A DNA stretch of 64,000 bases, from the NCBI GenBank assembly GCA_022844165.1, contig JALHMH010000001.1, forward strand, positions 224,001 through 288,000, given 5' to 3'. The DNA comes from Lysobacterales bacterium (GTDB taxonomy: Bacteria; Pseudomonadota; Gammaproteobacteria; Xanthomonadales; SZUA-5). Positions 51,635-64,000 of this stretch are shown here, piece after piece. Position 1 is the first letter of the stretch; each line of letters starts with the position of its first letter. Position numbers and translations under genes: made by a program. Below the pieces are notes generated by a model. The model saw nothing but the letters and a program-made list of their open reading frames with translations. It was not told where the DNA came from and made no database searches.

Positions 51635-52435
51635 ATGACGCCAGTTCGGGTAGCTGTGAATGGTGCCGCAGGCCGTATGGGCGTCGAGTTACTGAAGGCG
51701 GTGCATCAGCAGCCTGACTGCCAGCTCGTCGCCGCGATCGTAAGAGCGGCATCGGGTTGGGTTGGCGAGCCACTGTCGGTAGCGCTTGGTCGTAGCGCAC
51801 CTGCGGTCGATTTCGGCGCCACGTTAGATCCCGATACGCACGTTGATGTGTTGATCGACTTTTCCACGCCGGAGGCTTTCGATACGGCGCTCGCGATCGC
51901 CGTAGAGCGGCGCATACCGTTTGTGTGCGGCACCACAGGGCTTGATCGCGCGCATATGCAAGCGCTACGTGAGTCGGCGAGCCGCGTGCCGGTTTTGTGG
52001 AGCGCCAACTTCTCGCTGAGTGTAGCGCTGCTGAAAAAAATGAGCGCGCAGGCGGCGGCTCAATTGGGCCCCGAGTTCGAAGCCGAGATTCTCGAGATCC
52101 ACCATCGGTTCAAGCGCGATGCGCCATCGGGAACCGCGCTTGCGTTGGGACGCGCTATTGCCGATGCCCGAGGGCAGCAGTTCGAAGATGTGGCGCGAAT
52201 GCCGAACCAGGTTGCAACGTCGACGCGCGCGCAACACCACATCGGTTTCGCCGTCATGCGAGCCGCCGATGTGGTAGGCGAGCACACCGTAGTTTTTGCC
52301 TCAACCGGCGAGCGCCTGGAACTCACGCATCGGGCCAATTCGCGCGCCATTTTCGCCAGTGGTGCAGTTCGTTGCGCGACTTGGCTGGCGCGACAAAAGC
52401 CGGGTTGGTACGAAGTGGGCGACGCGCTCAGCTGA
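51635..52435 (+). CDS. dapB: 4-hydroxy-tetrahydrodipicolinate reductase
   Basis: GAAGRMG, GTTG, EIHHRFKRDAPSGTA. Confidence 0.96.
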   Translation: MTPVRVAVNGAAGRMGVELLKAVHQQPDCQLVAAIVRAASGWVGEPLSVALGRSAPAVDFGATLDPDTHVDVLIDFSTPEAFDTALAIAVERRIPFVCGTTGLDRAHMQALRESASRVPVLWSANFSLSVALLKKMSAQAAAQLGPEFEAEILEIHHRFKRDAPSGTALALGRAIADARGQQFEDVARMPNQVATSTRAQHHIGFAVMRAADVVGEHTVVFASTGERLELTHRANSRAIFASGAVRCATWLARQKPGWYEVGDALS

Positions 52436-52530
52436 GCCTTGTCGGCGCTTGTTGGACTGACGCGAGACCCATCGGCTGACCTCGGCTGCCGCATGAAGCC
52501 AACAACGCTCGACGGCCGTCGCCAGCCAAC

Positions 52531-53331
52531 TTAATGAGATTCCAGCAGGCGCCGCAGTTCGGCGGTCGAGCACCAATCCCGGTTGCAAACATATCGTGGT
52601 AACCACCAGCGGTCGCTGCCGGGCCCGACCGCGCCGGGTTCCGTCGATACCGCGCCGCGTAAGCCGATCTGCGGCCCGCGCGATGGCAGGTAATGTCGCC
52701 GCAAATAGTCACTGGCCTGGCCATAGGGATAGGCAAACGCCTGCGGACGTCGCCCGCTGATCCGTTCGATGTCATGGCTGGCGCGGTCGATTTGCAGCGC
52801 GCAACTTTGCGGGTCATCGATTCGCGCGAAGTTGCCGCGCTTGGGATCGGTAGGATCGACGTCTGGGTGATCGTGATCCAAGCCATGGCTTTCGATGGCG
52901 ATCATCTGCTCACGTGTGGCTTCGGACCACCAGTCATCAGATAACCAGCCGCGACCAAATAGCGAGAGCCGATCCATTTCTTCGCGCGCGCGGCGTGAGG
53001 CGATTGCGAAGCTGCTGGCGCACAAGGGTGTCCCGGTCTGCTCAATATGATCGCGCATCAGATTGGCGAAACTACGCTGCGGCCCGAGCCCTGGATAGTC
53101 GATATCTCGCCAATCCAGGACCGCGCCATCGTCGAAGGTGAGCACCACGGCATGAGTCAGGCTCGACCAATTGCGTAACCCATCGAACGCATCGAGCACA
53201 AACGACAACGGAACAACGGGTCGGGCGCAATCGGTCAGCAGGCGCAGGTCGGCCGCCAATGCCACATGGTCGTTGCGCGCATAGTCGTCACCGCTGAGAA
53301 TCTGAGAGTGGTAGGTCAGTATTGTAGGCAT
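52531..53331 (-). CDS. Polysaccharide deacetylase family protein
   Basis: ILTYH, LTFDDG, SHGLDH, FAYPYG. Confidence 0.88.
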   Translation of the reverse strand: MPTILTYHSQILSGDDYARNDHVALAADLRLLTDCARPVVPLSFVLDAFDGLRNWSSLTHAVVLTFDDGAVLDWRDIDYPGLGPQRSFANLMRDHIEQTGTPLCASSFAIASRRAREEMDRLSLFGRGWLSDDWWSEATREQMIAIESHGLDHDHPDVDPTDPKRGNFARIDDPQSCALQIDRASHDIERISGRRPQAFAYPYGQASDYLRRHYLPSRGPQIGLRGAVSTEPGAVGPGSDRWWLPRYVCNRDWCSTAELRRLLESH

Positions 53332-53440
53332 CCGGCGATGCTAGCTCGCCAGAACGGGCGTTTCGTGATAACCAGTGAAATGGTCAACATTGGCTGTAGC
53401 GGCGCGAGGCCAAAGCCAGCGACGCGCGCGCCAGGGCCAT

Positions 53441-54211
53441 TCATTGCTTGAGTCGATAGCCTGTGCGGAAAATCCAGGAGACGATTGCCAGGCACAAGCA
53501 CAGGAAGCCCATGGTTGCGGCGAGGCTGATACCGACCGCAACATCGGCGTTGCCGTAGAACGACCAGCGAAAGCCGCTCACGAGATAGATAATCGGATTG
53601 AAGAGGGCTACGGTTTGCCACACGCCTGGGAGCATATCGATCGTGTAGAAAGCGCCGCCAAGGAAAGTCAGCGGTGTCACAACGAGCATAGGAATCACCG
53701 AGAGCTGCTCCCAGCTCTGCGCCCAGATGCCGATGATGAAACCGAACAGGCAGAAGCTCACCGCCGTAAGTGCGAGAAACCCGATCATCCACCCGGGATG
53801 GAGAATCTCGATTGGCACGAAGAGACGGGCAGTTGCCAGCGTCACGAATCCCAGAATCATGCTCTTGGTTGCCGCCGCGCCAACGTAGCCGCAGACGATC
53901 TCAATGGGCGACACCGGCGCCGATAACAACTCGTAGCTGGTGCCTGTCCAGCGCGGAAAATAAATGCCGAATGCGGCGTTGTTAATGCTCTCGGTCAACA
54001 CCGCGAGCATGATCAGCCCGGGGACGATGAAAGCACCGTAGCTCACGCCGTCGATTTCGCCCATCCGCCCCCCGATCGCTGCTCCAAAAACGACAAAATA
54101 GAGCGAGGTCGTGATCACGGGCGTCGCCAGACTTTGTCCAACAGTGCGAAAGAACCGCGCCAGTTCGAAGCGATATATGGCGGACATCGCGCGCCAGTTG
54201 ACTGAGATCAT
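53441..54211 (-). CDS. ABC-2 transporter permease (YadH-like)
   Basis: Multiple TM helices; [18 protein letters not shown]. Confidence 0.9.
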   Translation of the reverse strand: MISVNWRAMSAIYRFELARFFRTVGQSLATPVITTSLYFVVFGAAIGGRMGEIDGVSYGAFIVPGLIMLAVLTESINNAAFGIYFPRWTGTSYELLSAPVSPIEIVCGYVGAAATKSMILGFVTLATARLFVPIEILHPGWMIGFLALTAVSFCLFGFIIGIWAQSWEQLSVIPMLVVTPLTFLGGAFYTIDMLPGVWQTVALFNPIIYLVSGFRWSFYGNADVAVGISLAATMGFLCLCLAIVSWIFRTGYRLKQ

Positions 54212-55152
54212 GCGGCCTCCCGGCGAGTCAGGCTGACAAAGATGTCTTCAAGCGAGCTCTGCTCGGTCGACAAGTCGCGAATGCCGATTCCGAGCGAGTT
54301 GATACGATTCAGCAGTTCGGGAATTCGGTTGTTCCCGGCATTGATGTCGAAGACATATTCGAAGGCATTCCCCTGATCGATCAGATTGAGCGACCAGGCG
54401 GCGAGTTCGGTCGGCAACTCTGGCAGCGGTTGCTGCAAATGCAACGTCAGGCGTTTGCTGCCCAGCTTGCGCATCAGGGCGCTTTTGTCGTCGACCAGCA
54501 CCAGTTCGCCCTTGTTGATGACGCCGATTCGATCGGCCATCTCCTCCGCCTCCTCGATGTAGTGCGTCGTCAGAACGATGGTGACGCCGCGCTCGCGCAG
54601 GCCGCGCACCAGCGCCCACATGTCCCGACGCAATTCGACATCGACACCTGCGGTGGGTTCGTCCAGAAAAAGTAGGCGGGGTTCGTGGGCGAGCGCTTTG
54701 GCGATCATGACGCGCCGCTTCATGCCGCCGGACAAGGTCTGTATGCGATCGCTGCGTTTGTCCCACAGCGACAGTCCGCGCAGCAATTCTTCAATCAACC
54801 GCTGATTGGGTGGTTTGGCGAACAGTCCGCGCGTAAAGCGCATTGCCGCCATCGGTGTCTCGAACATCTCAGTTGCCAACTCTTGCGGCACCAGGCCGAT
54901 GAGCGCACGGGCCTGCCGATAGTCGCTTGCGTGATCGAAGCCGCCGACACGAACCGTTCCGCCGCTAGCGCGCAGCAGACCGCAAACCAACCCAATCAAA
55001 GTGGTCTTGCCGGCGCCATTTGGGCCAAGAAGCGCAAAGATCTCGCCCTCGCGGATCGACAGATGAATCGGTTTGAGAGCCTGCAGGCCGGACGCATAGG
55101 TCTTGCAAAGTCCATCGATCTCCAGGATGTTGCGCATTGCGGCTGCCACCAT
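54208..55152 (-). CDS. ABC transporter ATP-binding protein (YadG-like)
   Basis: [22 protein letters not shown]. Confidence 0.93.
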   Translation of the reverse strand: MVAAAMRNILEIDGLCKTYASGLQALKPIHLSIREGEIFALLGPNGAGKTTLIGLVCGLLRASGGTVRVGGFDHASDYRQARALIGLVPQELATEMFETPMAAMRFTRGLFAKPPNQRLIEELLRGLSLWDKRSDRIQTLSGGMKRRVMIAKALAHEPRLLFLDEPTAGVDVELRRDMWALVRGLRERGVTIVLTTHYIEEAEEMADRIGVINKGELVLVDDKSALMRKLGSKRLTLHLQQPLPELPTELAAWSLNLIDQGNAFEYVFDINAGNNRIPELLNRINSLGIGIRDLSTEQSSLEDIFVSLTRREAA

Positions 55153-55473
55153 CGACTCGGGTGCGCATCATGGCGAATTTGTTGATTGCGGCAAACGGTC
55201 AGGACTGTCTGGCTCTGCGGTGGCCGATCAATATGACGGTAGCACCTGGGGTACAGTTGTGCGTCGCCAGGGGTGAACCGATATCAATCGCCCAGTTCGG
55301 GTGTAACACTCGGCAAGTCCCTGCATTTTCGGCGGACTGACAGCGTCTTGAAGCACAGTGCGTGATCCGAAGCGTCATAACCTGCGCGCATTCGATCGCT
55401 CGATCAGGCCGGCTGGCGCCTGAATGAGCTGGAATTGTGCGATCACATGGTCGCCAGGAGCCGTCCTCGGCCG

Positions 55474-55503
55474 TTGACAGGCAAGCCCTCCTGCACTGAG
55501 AAT
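55474..55503 (+). promoter_or_regulatory. Sigma70-type promoter of the tRNA-tuf operon
   Basis: TTGACA-18 nt-GAGAAT, then GC-rich discriminator GCCGGGC. Confidence 0.65.
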
Positions 55504-55518
55504 GCCGGGCTCCGTTGG

Positions 55519-55603
55519 GGAGGGATACCCAAGCGGCCAAAGGGGGCTGACTGTAAATCAGCTGTCATCGACTTCGGTGGTTCGAATCCACCTCCCTCCA
55601 CCA
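55519..55603 (+). tRNA. tRNA-Tyr (GTA)
   Basis: 85-nt cloverleaf with long variable arm, CTGTAAA loop, CCA. Confidence 0.97.
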
Positions 55604-55653
55604 GTCGTTGTGTAACCGGAGTGTGTACGCGATAGCTGAGCGATCTCCAAAAT

Positions 55654-55727
<74 letters not shown>

Positions 55728-55887
55728 GGCATCAGAACGTTGTACTGAGATTCACTTGCCGGCCACGGATGGTCGGCTCAGCCAAGCCAAATAATGGCTT
55801 GGGTTGGGTCAAACGAAGACGGCAAGTGCCGTTTCGGTAGAAGGATCGTAGAGCTCCGGAAAGGCTCTCGGTCTGGCAAAAATTGCT

Positions 55888-55963
55888 GCCCCCGTAGCTC
55901 AGTCGGTAGAGCACCTCCTTGGTAAGGAGGAGGTCGTTGGTTCGATTCCAATCGTGGGCACCA
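55888..55963 (+). tRNA. tRNA-Thr (GGT)
   Basis: Cloverleaf, TTGGTAA loop, CCA. Confidence 0.96.
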
Positions 55964-56010
55964 CTCATCAATCGTTATTCATCATCTACAAACGCTAACA
56001 GAGGTTTCGC

Positions 56011-57201
56011 ATGTCCAAGGGTAAATTCGAACGCACCAAGCCGCACGTGAACGTGGGGACGATTGGGCATGTGGATCACGGCAAGACGACGCTGACAGCG
56101 GCGCTGACGAAGATTGGCGCAGAGCGCTTCGGCGGCGAGTTCAAGGCCTACGATCAGATCGACAAGGCGCCGGAAGAAAAAGCGCGCGGCATCACGATTT
56201 CGACGGCGCATGTCGAGTACGAATCGCCGAATCGCCACTATGCGCACGTCGATTGCCCTGGCCACGCCGACTACGTGAAGAACATGATCACCGGAGCGGC
56301 GCAGATGGACGGTGCGATTCTGGTGTGTTCGGCCGCTGACGGCCCGATGCCGCAAACGCGCGAGCACATTCTGCTGTCGCGTCAGGTGGGCGTGCCGTAC
56401 ATCGTCGTGTACTTGAACAAGGCCGACATGGTCGACGACGCCGAGCTTCTTGAGCTGGTCGAGATGGAAGTTCGCGAGCTGTTGAGCAAGTACGATTTCC
56501 CGGGCGACGACACGCCGATCATCAAGGGTTCGGCACTCAAGGCACTGGAAGGCGACCAGAGCGAGATTGGTGTGCCGTCGATCATTAAGCTGGTCGAGGC
56601 GCTGGACACGTACATTCCGGAGCCGCAGCGTGACATTGACAAGCCGTTCCTGATGCCAGTGGAAGACGTGTTCTCGATCTCGGGTCGTGGCACGGTCGTT
56701 ACTGGTCGCGTTGAGCGCGGCATCGTCAAGGTGGGTGAGGAAATCGAGATTGTGGGATTGAAGGCCACGATCAAGACGATCGTGACGGGCGTTGAGATGT
56801 TCCGCAAGCTGCTGGATCAAGGTCAGGCGGGCGACAACGTGGGTTTGCTGCTGCGCGGCACGAAGCGCGACGACGTTGAGCGTGGTCAGGTGATCTGCAA
56901 GCCAGGTTCGATCACGCCGCACACCAAGTTCGAAGCAGAGGTGTACGTGCTGAGCAAGGACGAGGGTGGGCGTCACACGCCGTTCTTCAAGGGTTACCGT
57001 CCGCAGTTTTACTTCCGCACGACGGACGTGACGGGCAATTGCGAGTTGCCGGAAGGCGTCGAGATGGTGATGCCGGGCGACAACGTGAAGATGGTGGTGT
57101 CGCTGATCCAGCCGATCGCGATGGAAGACGGCTTACGCTTCGCGATTCGCGAAGGCGGCCGTACCGTCGGTGCCGGAGTCGTTGCCAAGGTGATCGAATA
57201 A
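56011..57201 (+). CDS. tuf: Elongation factor Tu
   Basis: [23 protein letters not shown]. Confidence 0.99.
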   Translation: MSKGKFERTKPHVNVGTIGHVDHGKTTLTAALTKIGAERFGGEFKAYDQIDKAPEEKARGITISTAHVEYESPNRHYAHVDCPGHADYVKNMITGAAQMDGAILVCSAADGPMPQTREHILLSRQVGVPYIVVYLNKADMVDDAELLELVEMEVRELLSKYDFPGDDTPIIKGSALKALEGDQSEIGVPSIIKLVEALDTYIPEPQRDIDKPFLMPVEDVFSISGRGTVVTGRVERGIVKVGEEIEIVGLKATIKTIVTGVEMFRKLLDQGQAGDNVGLLLRGTKRDDVERGQVICKPGSITPHTKFEAEVYVLSKDEGGRHTPFFKGYRPQFYFRTTDVTGNCELPEGVEMVMPGDNVKMVVSLIQPIAMEDGLRFAIREGGRTVGAGVVAKVIE

Positions 57202-57213
57202 GCGAATAGCCAC

Positions 57214-57289
<76 letters not shown>

Positions 57290-57355
57290 TGTTTCGGTGA
57301 TTTGAAAAAGAGCACCAGGGTTGGCGACAACCCTGGTGGTCGTGTAGCAGGCTCA

Positions 57356-57733
57356 ATGAACGACAAGACTGACATCAAGACAGGCGCGTCTGCGCTCGAC
57401 ATAGCCAAACTCGTATTGGGCGTGGTCATTGCAGTGGGCGCGGCCATCGCGTTTTACTGGTTCGAAGATCAGTGGCCCATGTATGCCCGCGTGCTGACGG
57501 TGCTCGTCGGTGTTGGCATAGGCGGGGCAGTTGCCGCCATCAGCGCGCCGGGCATTCAGTTCCGCAATTTTCTCAAAGACGCTCAGTTTGAGGTGCGTAA
57601 AGTTGTCTGGCCAACGCGCCAGGAAACCTGGCAAACCACGATGATCGTTGGTGTTGCGGTGCTGGTCATTGGCATCGTCATTTGGATGATCGACATGATC
57701 CTTGCCTGGATCGTGCGGCTGATGATGGGCTGA
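57356..57733 (+). CDS. secE: Preprotein translocase subunit SecE
   Basis: Three TM helices; [13 protein letters not shown]. Confidence 0.96.
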   Translation: MNDKTDIKTGASALDIAKLVLGVVIAVGAAIAFYWFEDQWPMYARVLTVLVGVGIGGAVAAISAPGIQFRNFLKDAQFEVRKVVWPTRQETWQTTMIVGVAVLVIGIVIWMIDMILAWIVRLMMG

Positions 57734-57737
57734 TGCC

Positions 57738-58298
57738 ATGAGCAAGCGCTGGTACGTAGTACATGCCTACTCGGGCTTCGAGAACACCGTGCGCAAGTCG
57801 CTCGATGATCGTATCGCTCGTTCGGGGTTACAGGATCGCTTCGGTCAGGTCCTGGTTCCAACCGAAGAAGTCATCGAAATGCGCCACGGACAGAAGCGCA
57901 AGTCGGAACGAAAATTCTTCCCAGGCTATGTGCTGGTGCAGATAGAAACCCATGTCGATGGGCGCAGTTTGCGCATCGACGATGAGTGCTGGCACTTGGT
58001 CAAAGAAACGCCAAAGGTGATGGGCTTTATCGGTGGCACGGCTGACAAGCCGCTGCCGATTGCTGATAAGGAAGCCGATGTCATCCTGCAGCGCGTGCAG
58101 GACGGTGTCGATAAGCCCAAGCCCAAAGTCTTGTTCGAGCCCGGCGAAATGGTGCGTGTCACCGAAGGGCCTTTCAACGACTTTAATGCAGTGGTTGAGG
58201 AAGTCAATTACGACAAGAATCGCCTCAAAGTGGCGGTCTTGATTTTCGGCCGATCCACACCGGTCGAATTGGAATTTGGTCAGGTAGAAAAAGCCTGA
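57738..58298 (+). CDS. nusG: Transcription termination/antitermination factor NusG
   Basis: [27 protein letters not shown]. Confidence 0.99.
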   Translation: MSKRWYVVHAYSGFENTVRKSLDDRIARSGLQDRFGQVLVPTEEVIEMRHGQKRKSERKFFPGYVLVQIETHVDGRSLRIDDECWHLVKETPKVMGFIGGTADKPLPIADKEADVILQRVQDGVDKPKPKVLFEPGEMVRVTEGPFNDFNAVVEEVNYDKNRLKVAVLIFGRSTPVELEFGQVEKA

Positions 58299-58419
58299 TC
58301 GCTAAAACGGTTCGCATTGCTGCCGAGTGCTGTACTTGTCACCTTGCAGGCCGAACGACAACCGATGGAGGAGTCCCGCAGCGTATGCGTGCAGACGTTT
58401 GAACTCCAGGAGAACTTAA

Positions 58420-58848
58420 ATGGCTAAAAAGGTCACCGGCTACATTAAGCTACAAGTTAAGGCTGGCGAGGCGAATCCGTCGCCGCCAGTGGGTCCCGCA
58501 CTCGGCCAACGTGGTGTCAACATCATGGAGTTCTGCAAGCAGTTCAACGCTGCCACGCAGAAGACTGAAAAAGGCACGCCATTGCCGGTGATCATCACCG
58601 TCTACAGCGACCGTTCGTTCACCTTTATCACCAAGACGCCACCGGCGACGATTCTGATCAAGAAGGCGATCGGTCTGGCGAAGGGCAGTTCGCGTCCGAA
58701 TACGGAAAAAGTTGGCAAAGTCACGCGTAAGCAGTTGGAAGACATCGCGACCACCAAGATGCCGGATTTGACGGCAGCCGACCTCGACGCCGCTGTGCGC
58801 ACCATCGCTGGAAGTGCCCGCAGCATGGGCTTGAATGTGGAGATCTGA
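58420..58848 (+). CDS. rplK: 50S ribosomal protein L11
   Basis: [13 protein letters not shown]. Confidence 0.99.
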   Translation: MAKKVTGYIKLQVKAGEANPSPPVGPALGQRGVNIMEFCKQFNAATQKTEKGTPLPVIITVYSDRSFTFITKTPPATILIKKAIGLAKGSSRPNTEKVGKVTRKQLEDIATTKMPDLTAADLDAAVRTIAGSARSMGLNVEI

Positions 58849-58852
58849 TGCC

Positions 58853-59554
58853 ATGGCCAAAATGACCAAACGTGTAAAAGCGCTCCAGGGTGTTGTGACT
58901 CCGGGCAAGGCTTATGCGGTCGAGGAAGCGCTGTCGATCCTGAAGACGCACTCGAAAGTGAAGTTTGTTGAATCCGTCGACGTCGCAGTACGCCTGGGTA
59001 TCGATGCGAAGAAATCAGACCAGGGTGTCCGCGGCTCAACCTTGCTGCCCAACGGAACCGGCAAGACGGTTCGCGTCGCGGTGTTCTGTCCACCGGGTGA
59101 AAAGGCCGAGGCCGCCAAGGCCGCAGGTGCCGACGCAGTTGGCATGGACGATCTGGCCGAAAAAATGCAGGGCGGCGAGCTGAATTTTGGTCGCGTCATC
59201 GCAACTCCGGATGCGATGCGCGTCGTCGGGAAGCTCGGTCAGTTGCTTGGTCCGCGTGGCTTGATGCCCAATCCGAAAGACGGCTCGGTCACACCCGACG
59301 TTGTGACGGCGGTGAAAAACGCCAAAGCGGGTCAGGTCAAGTATCGCAACGACAAAGGCGGCATCGTGCATTGCACGATTGGCAAGGCCAACTTTGAGGT
59401 CGGCGCGCTGAAAGAGAATTTGAATGCTCTGCTGTCGGATCTGGTCAGGCTGAAGCCGGCTGCTTCCAAAGGACAGTATCTGACAAAGATCAGTCTGTCG
59501 ACGACGATGGGAATGGGTGTGATTGTCGATCCTTCGACGATCTCGACCAAGTAA
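58853..59554 (+). CDS. rplA: 50S ribosomal protein L1
   Basis: [11 protein letters not shown]. Confidence 0.99.
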   Translation: MAKMTKRVKALQGVVTPGKAYAVEEALSILKTHSKVKFVESVDVAVRLGIDAKKSDQGVRGSTLLPNGTGKTVRVAVFCPPGEKAEAAKAAGADAVGMDDLAEKMQGGELNFGRVIATPDAMRVVGKLGQLLGPRGLMPNPKDGSVTPDVVTAVKNAKAGQVKYRNDKGGIVHCTIGKANFEVGALKENLNALLSDLVRLKPAASKGQYLTKISLSTTMGMGVIVDPSTISTK

Positions 59555-59641
59555 AGCAATTGTGCGGTTTCGGGTAGCGAAAGTCGCAGCCCGAATCAGA
59601 CAAGAGGTTTTGAGGGCTCCCGCCATTGAATCGGCGAGAAC

Positions 59642-59730
59642 GCCGTCAAAGACCGCGGGTGCAACGGATGGTCCGCGCATCGGAAGGTGCTACGACCTCT
59701 ACGCGCATAAATCCCGCGCAGATGGTGCAG
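59642..59730 (+). promoter_or_regulatory. L10 leader (rplJL autoregulatory RNA)
   Basis: ccgtcaaagaccgcggg...aaatcccgcgcagatgg pairing pattern in the rplA-rplJ spacer. Confidence 0.65.
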
Positions 59731-59865
59731 CCCGCTCCGAGATGTTTGGAAACGGCGGTACCGAGTGAAGGAGCACGATGCTCCGGCGTTTGCGTTCGAT
59801 GCGAATCGAAGGCGAACGTTCCACGTAACACGCCGCTGCTTGCAGCGGCTCGCAAGAGGAATGCA

Positions 59866-60393
59866 ATGGCACTCAATCTCGCACAAAAGAAAGAGGTCGT
59901 TGCGGAACTCGCTCAAGTTGCTGGCAGCGCTCTGTCGCTGGTAGCAGCCAGGTACGACGGGTTAACCGTCGCCCAGCTCACTGCCCTGCGCTCCAAGGCG
60001 CGTAAGGACGGCGTCTACCTTCGAGTTGCCAAGAACACCTTGGTGGCTCGCGCCGTGAAGGGCACAGACTATGAGTGCGTTGTTGACGCACTCACGGGTC
60101 CGTTGCTGTTCGCGTTCTCAAAGGACGATCCGGGCGCTGCTGGTCGATTGGTCAAGGATTTCGCAAAAGGTAACGAGAAACTCGTTCCCAAGCTCGTGGC
60201 CGTGGGCGGCAAGCTCTACGGTGGAGCCGAGGTGGACAAGCTCGCTAGTTTGCCTACGCGCGATCAAGCCCTGTCGATGCTTCTTGGATGTTTGGTCCAG
60301 CCGGTCACGAAACTCGTGCGCACGTTGGCCGAGCCGGCCTCAAGCCTGGCGCGCGTTATTCGTGCCGCTGGCGAAGCCAAAGAAGCTGCTTGA
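59866..60393 (+). CDS. rplJ: 50S ribosomal protein L10
   Basis: MALNLAQKKEVV; RVAKNTL; LASLPTR. Confidence 0.98.
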   Translation: MALNLAQKKEVVAELAQVAGSALSLVAARYDGLTVAQLTALRSKARKDGVYLRVAKNTLVARAVKGTDYECVVDALTGPLLFAFSKDDPGAAGRLVKDFAKGNEKLVPKLVAVGGKLYGGAEVDKLASLPTRDQALSMLLGCLVQPVTKLVRTLAEPASSLARVIRAAGEAKEAA

Positions 60394-60446
60394 AGCGATC
60401 TTTCCGCAACATTTTTCAAGTTTCCTAAACAATTTGGAGTTTCACC

Positions 60447-60821
60447 ATGTCACTGAGCAATGAGCAAATCCTCGACGCCATCGCAAGCAAGAGCCTGATG
60501 GATATCATGGATCTCGTTAAAGCGATGGAAGAGAAGTTCGGAGTTTCTGCAGCGGCGCCAGTTGCCGCAGCCGCTGCGCCGGCCGCCGCCGCTGCCCCGG
60601 TTGAAGAGCAGACCGAGTTCACGGTCATCCTTGCGGCCGCCGGCGAGAAGAAGGTTGAGGTCATTAAGGCCGTCCGTGCGATCACCAACCTTGGTCTGAA
60701 AGAAGCCAAGGATCTGGTCGAAGGCGCGCCGGCGACCGTCAAAGACGGCGTCAGCAAGGACGACGCGAACAAGTTCAAGAAGATGTTGGAAGAGGCTGGC
60801 GCCAAGGTCGATCTCAAGTAA
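60447..60821 (+). CDS. rplL: 50S ribosomal protein L7/L12
   Basis: [10 protein letters not shown]; [11 protein letters not shown]. Confidence 0.99.
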   Translation: MSLSNEQILDAIASKSLMDIMDLVKAMEEKFGVSAAAPVAAAAAPAAAAAPVEEQTEFTVILAAAGEKKVEVIKAVRAITNLGLKEAKDLVEGAPATVKDGVSKDDANKFKKMLEEAGAKVDLK

Positions 60822-61096
60822 TCGAGCGAAGGCACCAGTTGGGCCGTGTTTTACTTCGGAGCGATGCGCTGCATTTTCCTCTGACGCAAATCGCTGCTTA
60901 GCGCCAAGGTCGGGAATCGAAAGGTTCCCGGCCTTCTGGCGTCTCGCGTTTTGGCTTGCCAGAACGCCACTTGCCAAGGCTTCGAAGCGAAGTTTTGGCA
61001 AGTGAAATCTAATGGCACGAGCTGCCAAGCTCGCGCAGACAGGCCGGTTCTAGTTCACGTCGCGCGACAGCGACTCTTAAAAGGCGAGAGACCTCC

Positions 61097-64000
61097 ATGA
61101 CCTACTCGTTCACCGAAAAGAAACGCATCCGTAAGGACTTTGGCAAAACGCCGGGTGTTCTTGCGATTCCGTCTCTGTTGGCGATCCAAGTCAACTCCTA
61201 CCGCGATTTCCTGCAATTGGAGGCCTCGCCGAAACAATTCAAAGATGTTGGCCTGCACGCAGCGTTGAAATCCGTGTTTCCGATTTCCAGTTACTCCGGA
61301 AGCGCCTCGCTCGAGTACGTGACTTATCGACTCGGTGAACCGCCGTTCGACGTGCGCGAGTGCAAATCGCGTGGATTGTCCTATGGCGCGCCGCTGCGCG
61401 TGACCGTGCGCCTGGTCGTTTATGATCGCGAGAGCTCGAACAAGGCCGTCAAGTACGTCAAGGAGCAAGAGGTGTACATGGGCGAACTACCGCTCATGAC
61501 CGACACCGGCACCTTCATCGTCAACGGTACCGAGCGGGTTATCGTTTCGCAGTTGCACCGCAGCCCCGGCGTGTTCTTCGATCACGATCGCGGCAAAACG
61601 CACAGCTCGGGAAAGCTCCTGTACTCTGCACGCGTGATTCCGTACCGCGGCTCCTGGTTGGATTTCGAGTTCGACCCTAAGGACAGCCTGTACACCCGTA
61701 TTGACCGTCGCCGCAAGTTGCCAGTAACGATCCTGCTGCGCGCGCTCGGCTACAACAACACGCAGATCCTGAATATGTTCTTCGAGATCAACCGCTTCGA
61801 GTTAGGCTCGACGGGTGCTTCGATGGAATTGGTGCCGGATCGGCTGCGCGGTGAGACGGCGAGCTTCGATATCGTGATCGGCAAAGAACTGATCGTCGAG
61901 TCCGGGAAGCGCATTACCTCCCGCCATGTTCGGCAAATGGAAAAGACCAAAGCCAAGGCTCTGGCCGTGCCGGATGAATACTTGATTGGTCGCATTTTGA
62001 GCGAGGATGTGGTTGACAGCAAAACCGGCGAGGTGTTGGCGCTCGCCAATGACGAGTTGACGGATGATCATTTGGCCGCTTTCCGTCAAGCCAAGATTGC
62101 CAGCATTGGAACGATTTTCGTTAACGATCTGGATCGCGGACCGTACATCTCGAATACGCTACGCATCGACCCAAGCCGAACACCGCTTGAAGCGCTCGTC
62201 GAGATTTACCGCATGATGCGGCCGGGCGAACCGCCGACTAAGGAGGCTGCCCAAAACCTGTTCCAGAACCTGTTCTTCCAGCAAGACCGCTACGATCTGT
62301 CGGCGGTCGGTCGAATGAAGTTCAATCGCCGCGTCGGCCGCAAGGAAACCACAGGTTCGGGCGTGCTGTCGCACGACGATATTTTGTCGGTGATGCGTGT
62401 GTTGATCGATATCCGCAACGGCAAAGGCATCGTTGACGACATCGACCATCTCGGAAATCGCCGCGTGCGTAGCGTCGGCGAAATGGCCGAGAACGTGTTC
62501 CGCATCGGCCTCGTACGTGTCGAGCGCGCGGTCAAAGAGCGCTTGTCCCTGGCTGAGTCGGAAGGCCTGACGCCGCAGGAACTGATCAACGCCAAGCCAG
62601 TCGCTGCCGCAATCAAAGAGTTCTTCGGTTCCTCGCAGCTCTCGCAATTTATGGACCAGAACAACCCATTGTCGGAAGTGACGCACAAGCGTCGCGTCTC
62701 GGCGCTGGGCCCGGGCGGTTTGACGCGTGAACGGGCAGGATTCGAGGTTCGCGACGTGCATCCGACGCACTATGGTCGCGTCTGCCCTATCGAAACACCG
62801 GAAGGTCCGAACATCGGCCTGATCAACTCGCTCGCGGTATATGCGCGCACGAACGACTACGGTTTTATCGAAACGCCGTTCCGGCGTGTGATTGACGGCA
62901 AAGTGACGCCGCAGGTCGATTACCTTTCGGCAATCGAGGAAGCCGAGTTTGTCGTTGCGCAGGCCAATGCCGTACTGGATGAGAAAGGCACGTTGATCGA
63001 AGATCTGGTGACTTGCCGCGAACGCGGCGACATCCTGCTCAAATCACCGTCCGAAGTGAATTACATGGACGTCTCGCCGATGCAGACCGTGTCGGTCGCG
63101 GCGGCACTGGTACCATTCCTGGAACACAATGACGCTAACCGCGCGTTGATGGGCGCAAACATGCAGCGACAGGCCGTTCCCACATTGCGCGCCGATGTGC
63201 CGGTCGTGGGCACTGGCATCGAACGCAAGGTGGCCAGCGATTCTGGCGTGACCGTCAATGCGCGTCGCGGCGGTATCGTTGAGCAGATCGACGCAGGTCG
63301 CGTCGTAGTCAAGGTGCATGAAGACGAAGTCGGCGAAAACGACGCCGGCGTCGATATCTACAGCCTGATCAAGTACACGCGCAGCAACCAGAACACCTGC
63401 ATCAATCAGCGTCCGTTGGTGAATGTCGGCGACCGCGTTGCGCCGGGAGACGTGCTGGCAGATGGCCCGTCGACCGACATCGGTGAGCTGGCGCTTGGTC
63501 AGAACATGCTGGTCGCGTTCATGCCCTGGAATGGCTACAACTTCGAGGACTCGATCCTCGTGTCTGAGCGCGTCGTCAAGGAAGATCGCTACACCACGAT
63601 CCACATTGAAGAGCTGACTTGCGTAGCGCGCGACACCAAGCTCGGGCCCGAGGAAATCACCGCGGATATTCCGAACGTCGGCGAACAAGCGCTGTCGCGG
63701 CTGGATGAAAGCGGCATCGTATACATCGGCGCCGAGGTCAATGCGGGCGACATCATGGTCGGCAAGGTCACGCCGAAAGGCGAGACCCAGCTGACACCAG
63801 AAGAAAAATTGCTGCGCGCGATTTTCGGCGAAAAAGCGTCGGACGTGAAAGACAGCAGCCTGCGCGTTCCGCCGGGTATGGATGGCACCGTGATCGACGT
63901 GCAAGTGTTTACGCGCGACGGTCTGGAAAAGGACAAACGCGCGCAGCAAATCGAACAAACCGAGATCCGCCGGGTCCGGAAAGACTTTGACGATCAATTC
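61097..64000 (+). CDS. rpoB: RNA polymerase beta subunit (runs off the window end)
   Basis: [15 protein letters not shown]; [22 protein letters not shown]; [14 protein letters not shown]. Confidence 0.99.
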   Translation, partial: MTYSFTEKKRIRKDFGKTPGVLAIPSLLAIQVNSYRDFLQLEASPKQFKDVGLHAALKSVFPISSYSGSASLEYVTYRLGEPPFDVRECKSRGLSYGAPLRVTVRLVVYDRESSNKAVKYVKEQEVYMGELPLMTDTGTFIVNGTERVIVSQLHRSPGVFFDHDRGKTHSSGKLLYSARVIPYRGSWLDFEFDPKDSLYTRIDRRRKLPVTILLRALGYNNTQILNMFFEINRFELGSTGASMELVPDRLRGETASFDIVIGKELIVESGKRITSRHVRQMEKTKAKALAVPDEYLIGRILSEDVVDSKTGEVLALANDELTDDHLAAFRQAKIASIGTIFVNDLDRGPYISNTLRIDPSRTPLEALVEIYRMMRPGEPPTKEAAQNLFQNLFFQQDRYDLSAVGRMKFNRRVGRKETTGSGVLSHDDILSVMRVLIDIRNGKGIVDDIDHLGNRRVRSVGEMAENVFRIGLVRVERAVKERLSLAESEGLTPQELINAKPVAAAIKEFFGSSQLSQFMDQNNPLSEVTHKRRVSALGPGGLTRERAGFEVRDVHPTHYGRVCPIETPEGPNIGLINSLAVYARTNDYGFIETPFRRVIDGKVTPQVDYLSAIEEAEFVVAQANAVLDEKGTLIEDLVTCRERGDILLKSPSEVNYMDVSPMQTVSVAAALVPFLEHNDANRALMGANMQRQAVPTLRADVPVVGTGIERKVASDSGVTVNARRGGIVEQIDAGRVVVKVHEDEVGENDAGVDIYSLIKYTRSNQNTCINQRPLVNVGDRVAPGDVLADGPSTDIGELALGQNMLVAFMPWNGYNFEDSILVSERVVKEDRYTTIHIEELTCVARDTKLGPEEITADIPNVGEQALSRLDESGIVYIGAEVNAGDIMVGKVTPKGETQLTPEEKLLRAIFGEKASDVKDSSLRVPPGMDGTVIDVQVFTRDGLEKDKRAQQIEQTEIRRVRKDFDDQF

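Noticed and set aside
57313-57338. Perfect GCGA-tetraloop hairpin between tRNA-Trp and secE, and similar hairpins at 60900-61005
   Set aside because: These look like ordinary processing or attenuation structures of this operon.

Overview
A gammaproteobacterial chromosome segment, probably Xanthomonadales/Lysobacterales-like (inferred from rplQ-dsbB-class II DAHP synthase synteny and protein sequences). 1-10.5 kb: end of the S10 operon, then the spc and alpha ribosomal protein operons. 10.5-21 kb: housekeeping genes, including an alphaproteobacterial-looking ilvI/ilvH pair and a SAM methyltransferase gene split by two stacked MITEs. 21-34.6 kb: an accessory region with large secreted proteins, a truncated and frameshifted Rhs toxin with an HExxH tip plus a putative immunity gene, and an HUH/Y1 transposase preceded by diverged copies of its own 3' end, followed by tRNA-Asn. 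34.6-55 kb: accD, phasin, queD, tRNA-Met, a cytochrome c oxidase operon, an S8 protease, dapB and an ABC transporter. 55.5-64 kb: tRNA-Tyr/Gly/Thr, tuf, tRNA-Trp, secE, nusG, rplKAJL and the 5' part of rpoB. The best candidate for an undescribed system is the Y1-transposase array at 31.1-33.1 kb: three of its GACACCC-marked junctions carry short tandem duplications starting exactly 14 nt upstream of the motif, and it sits beside an orphan toxin-immunity module. All family calls are by motif recognition; no database searches were run.
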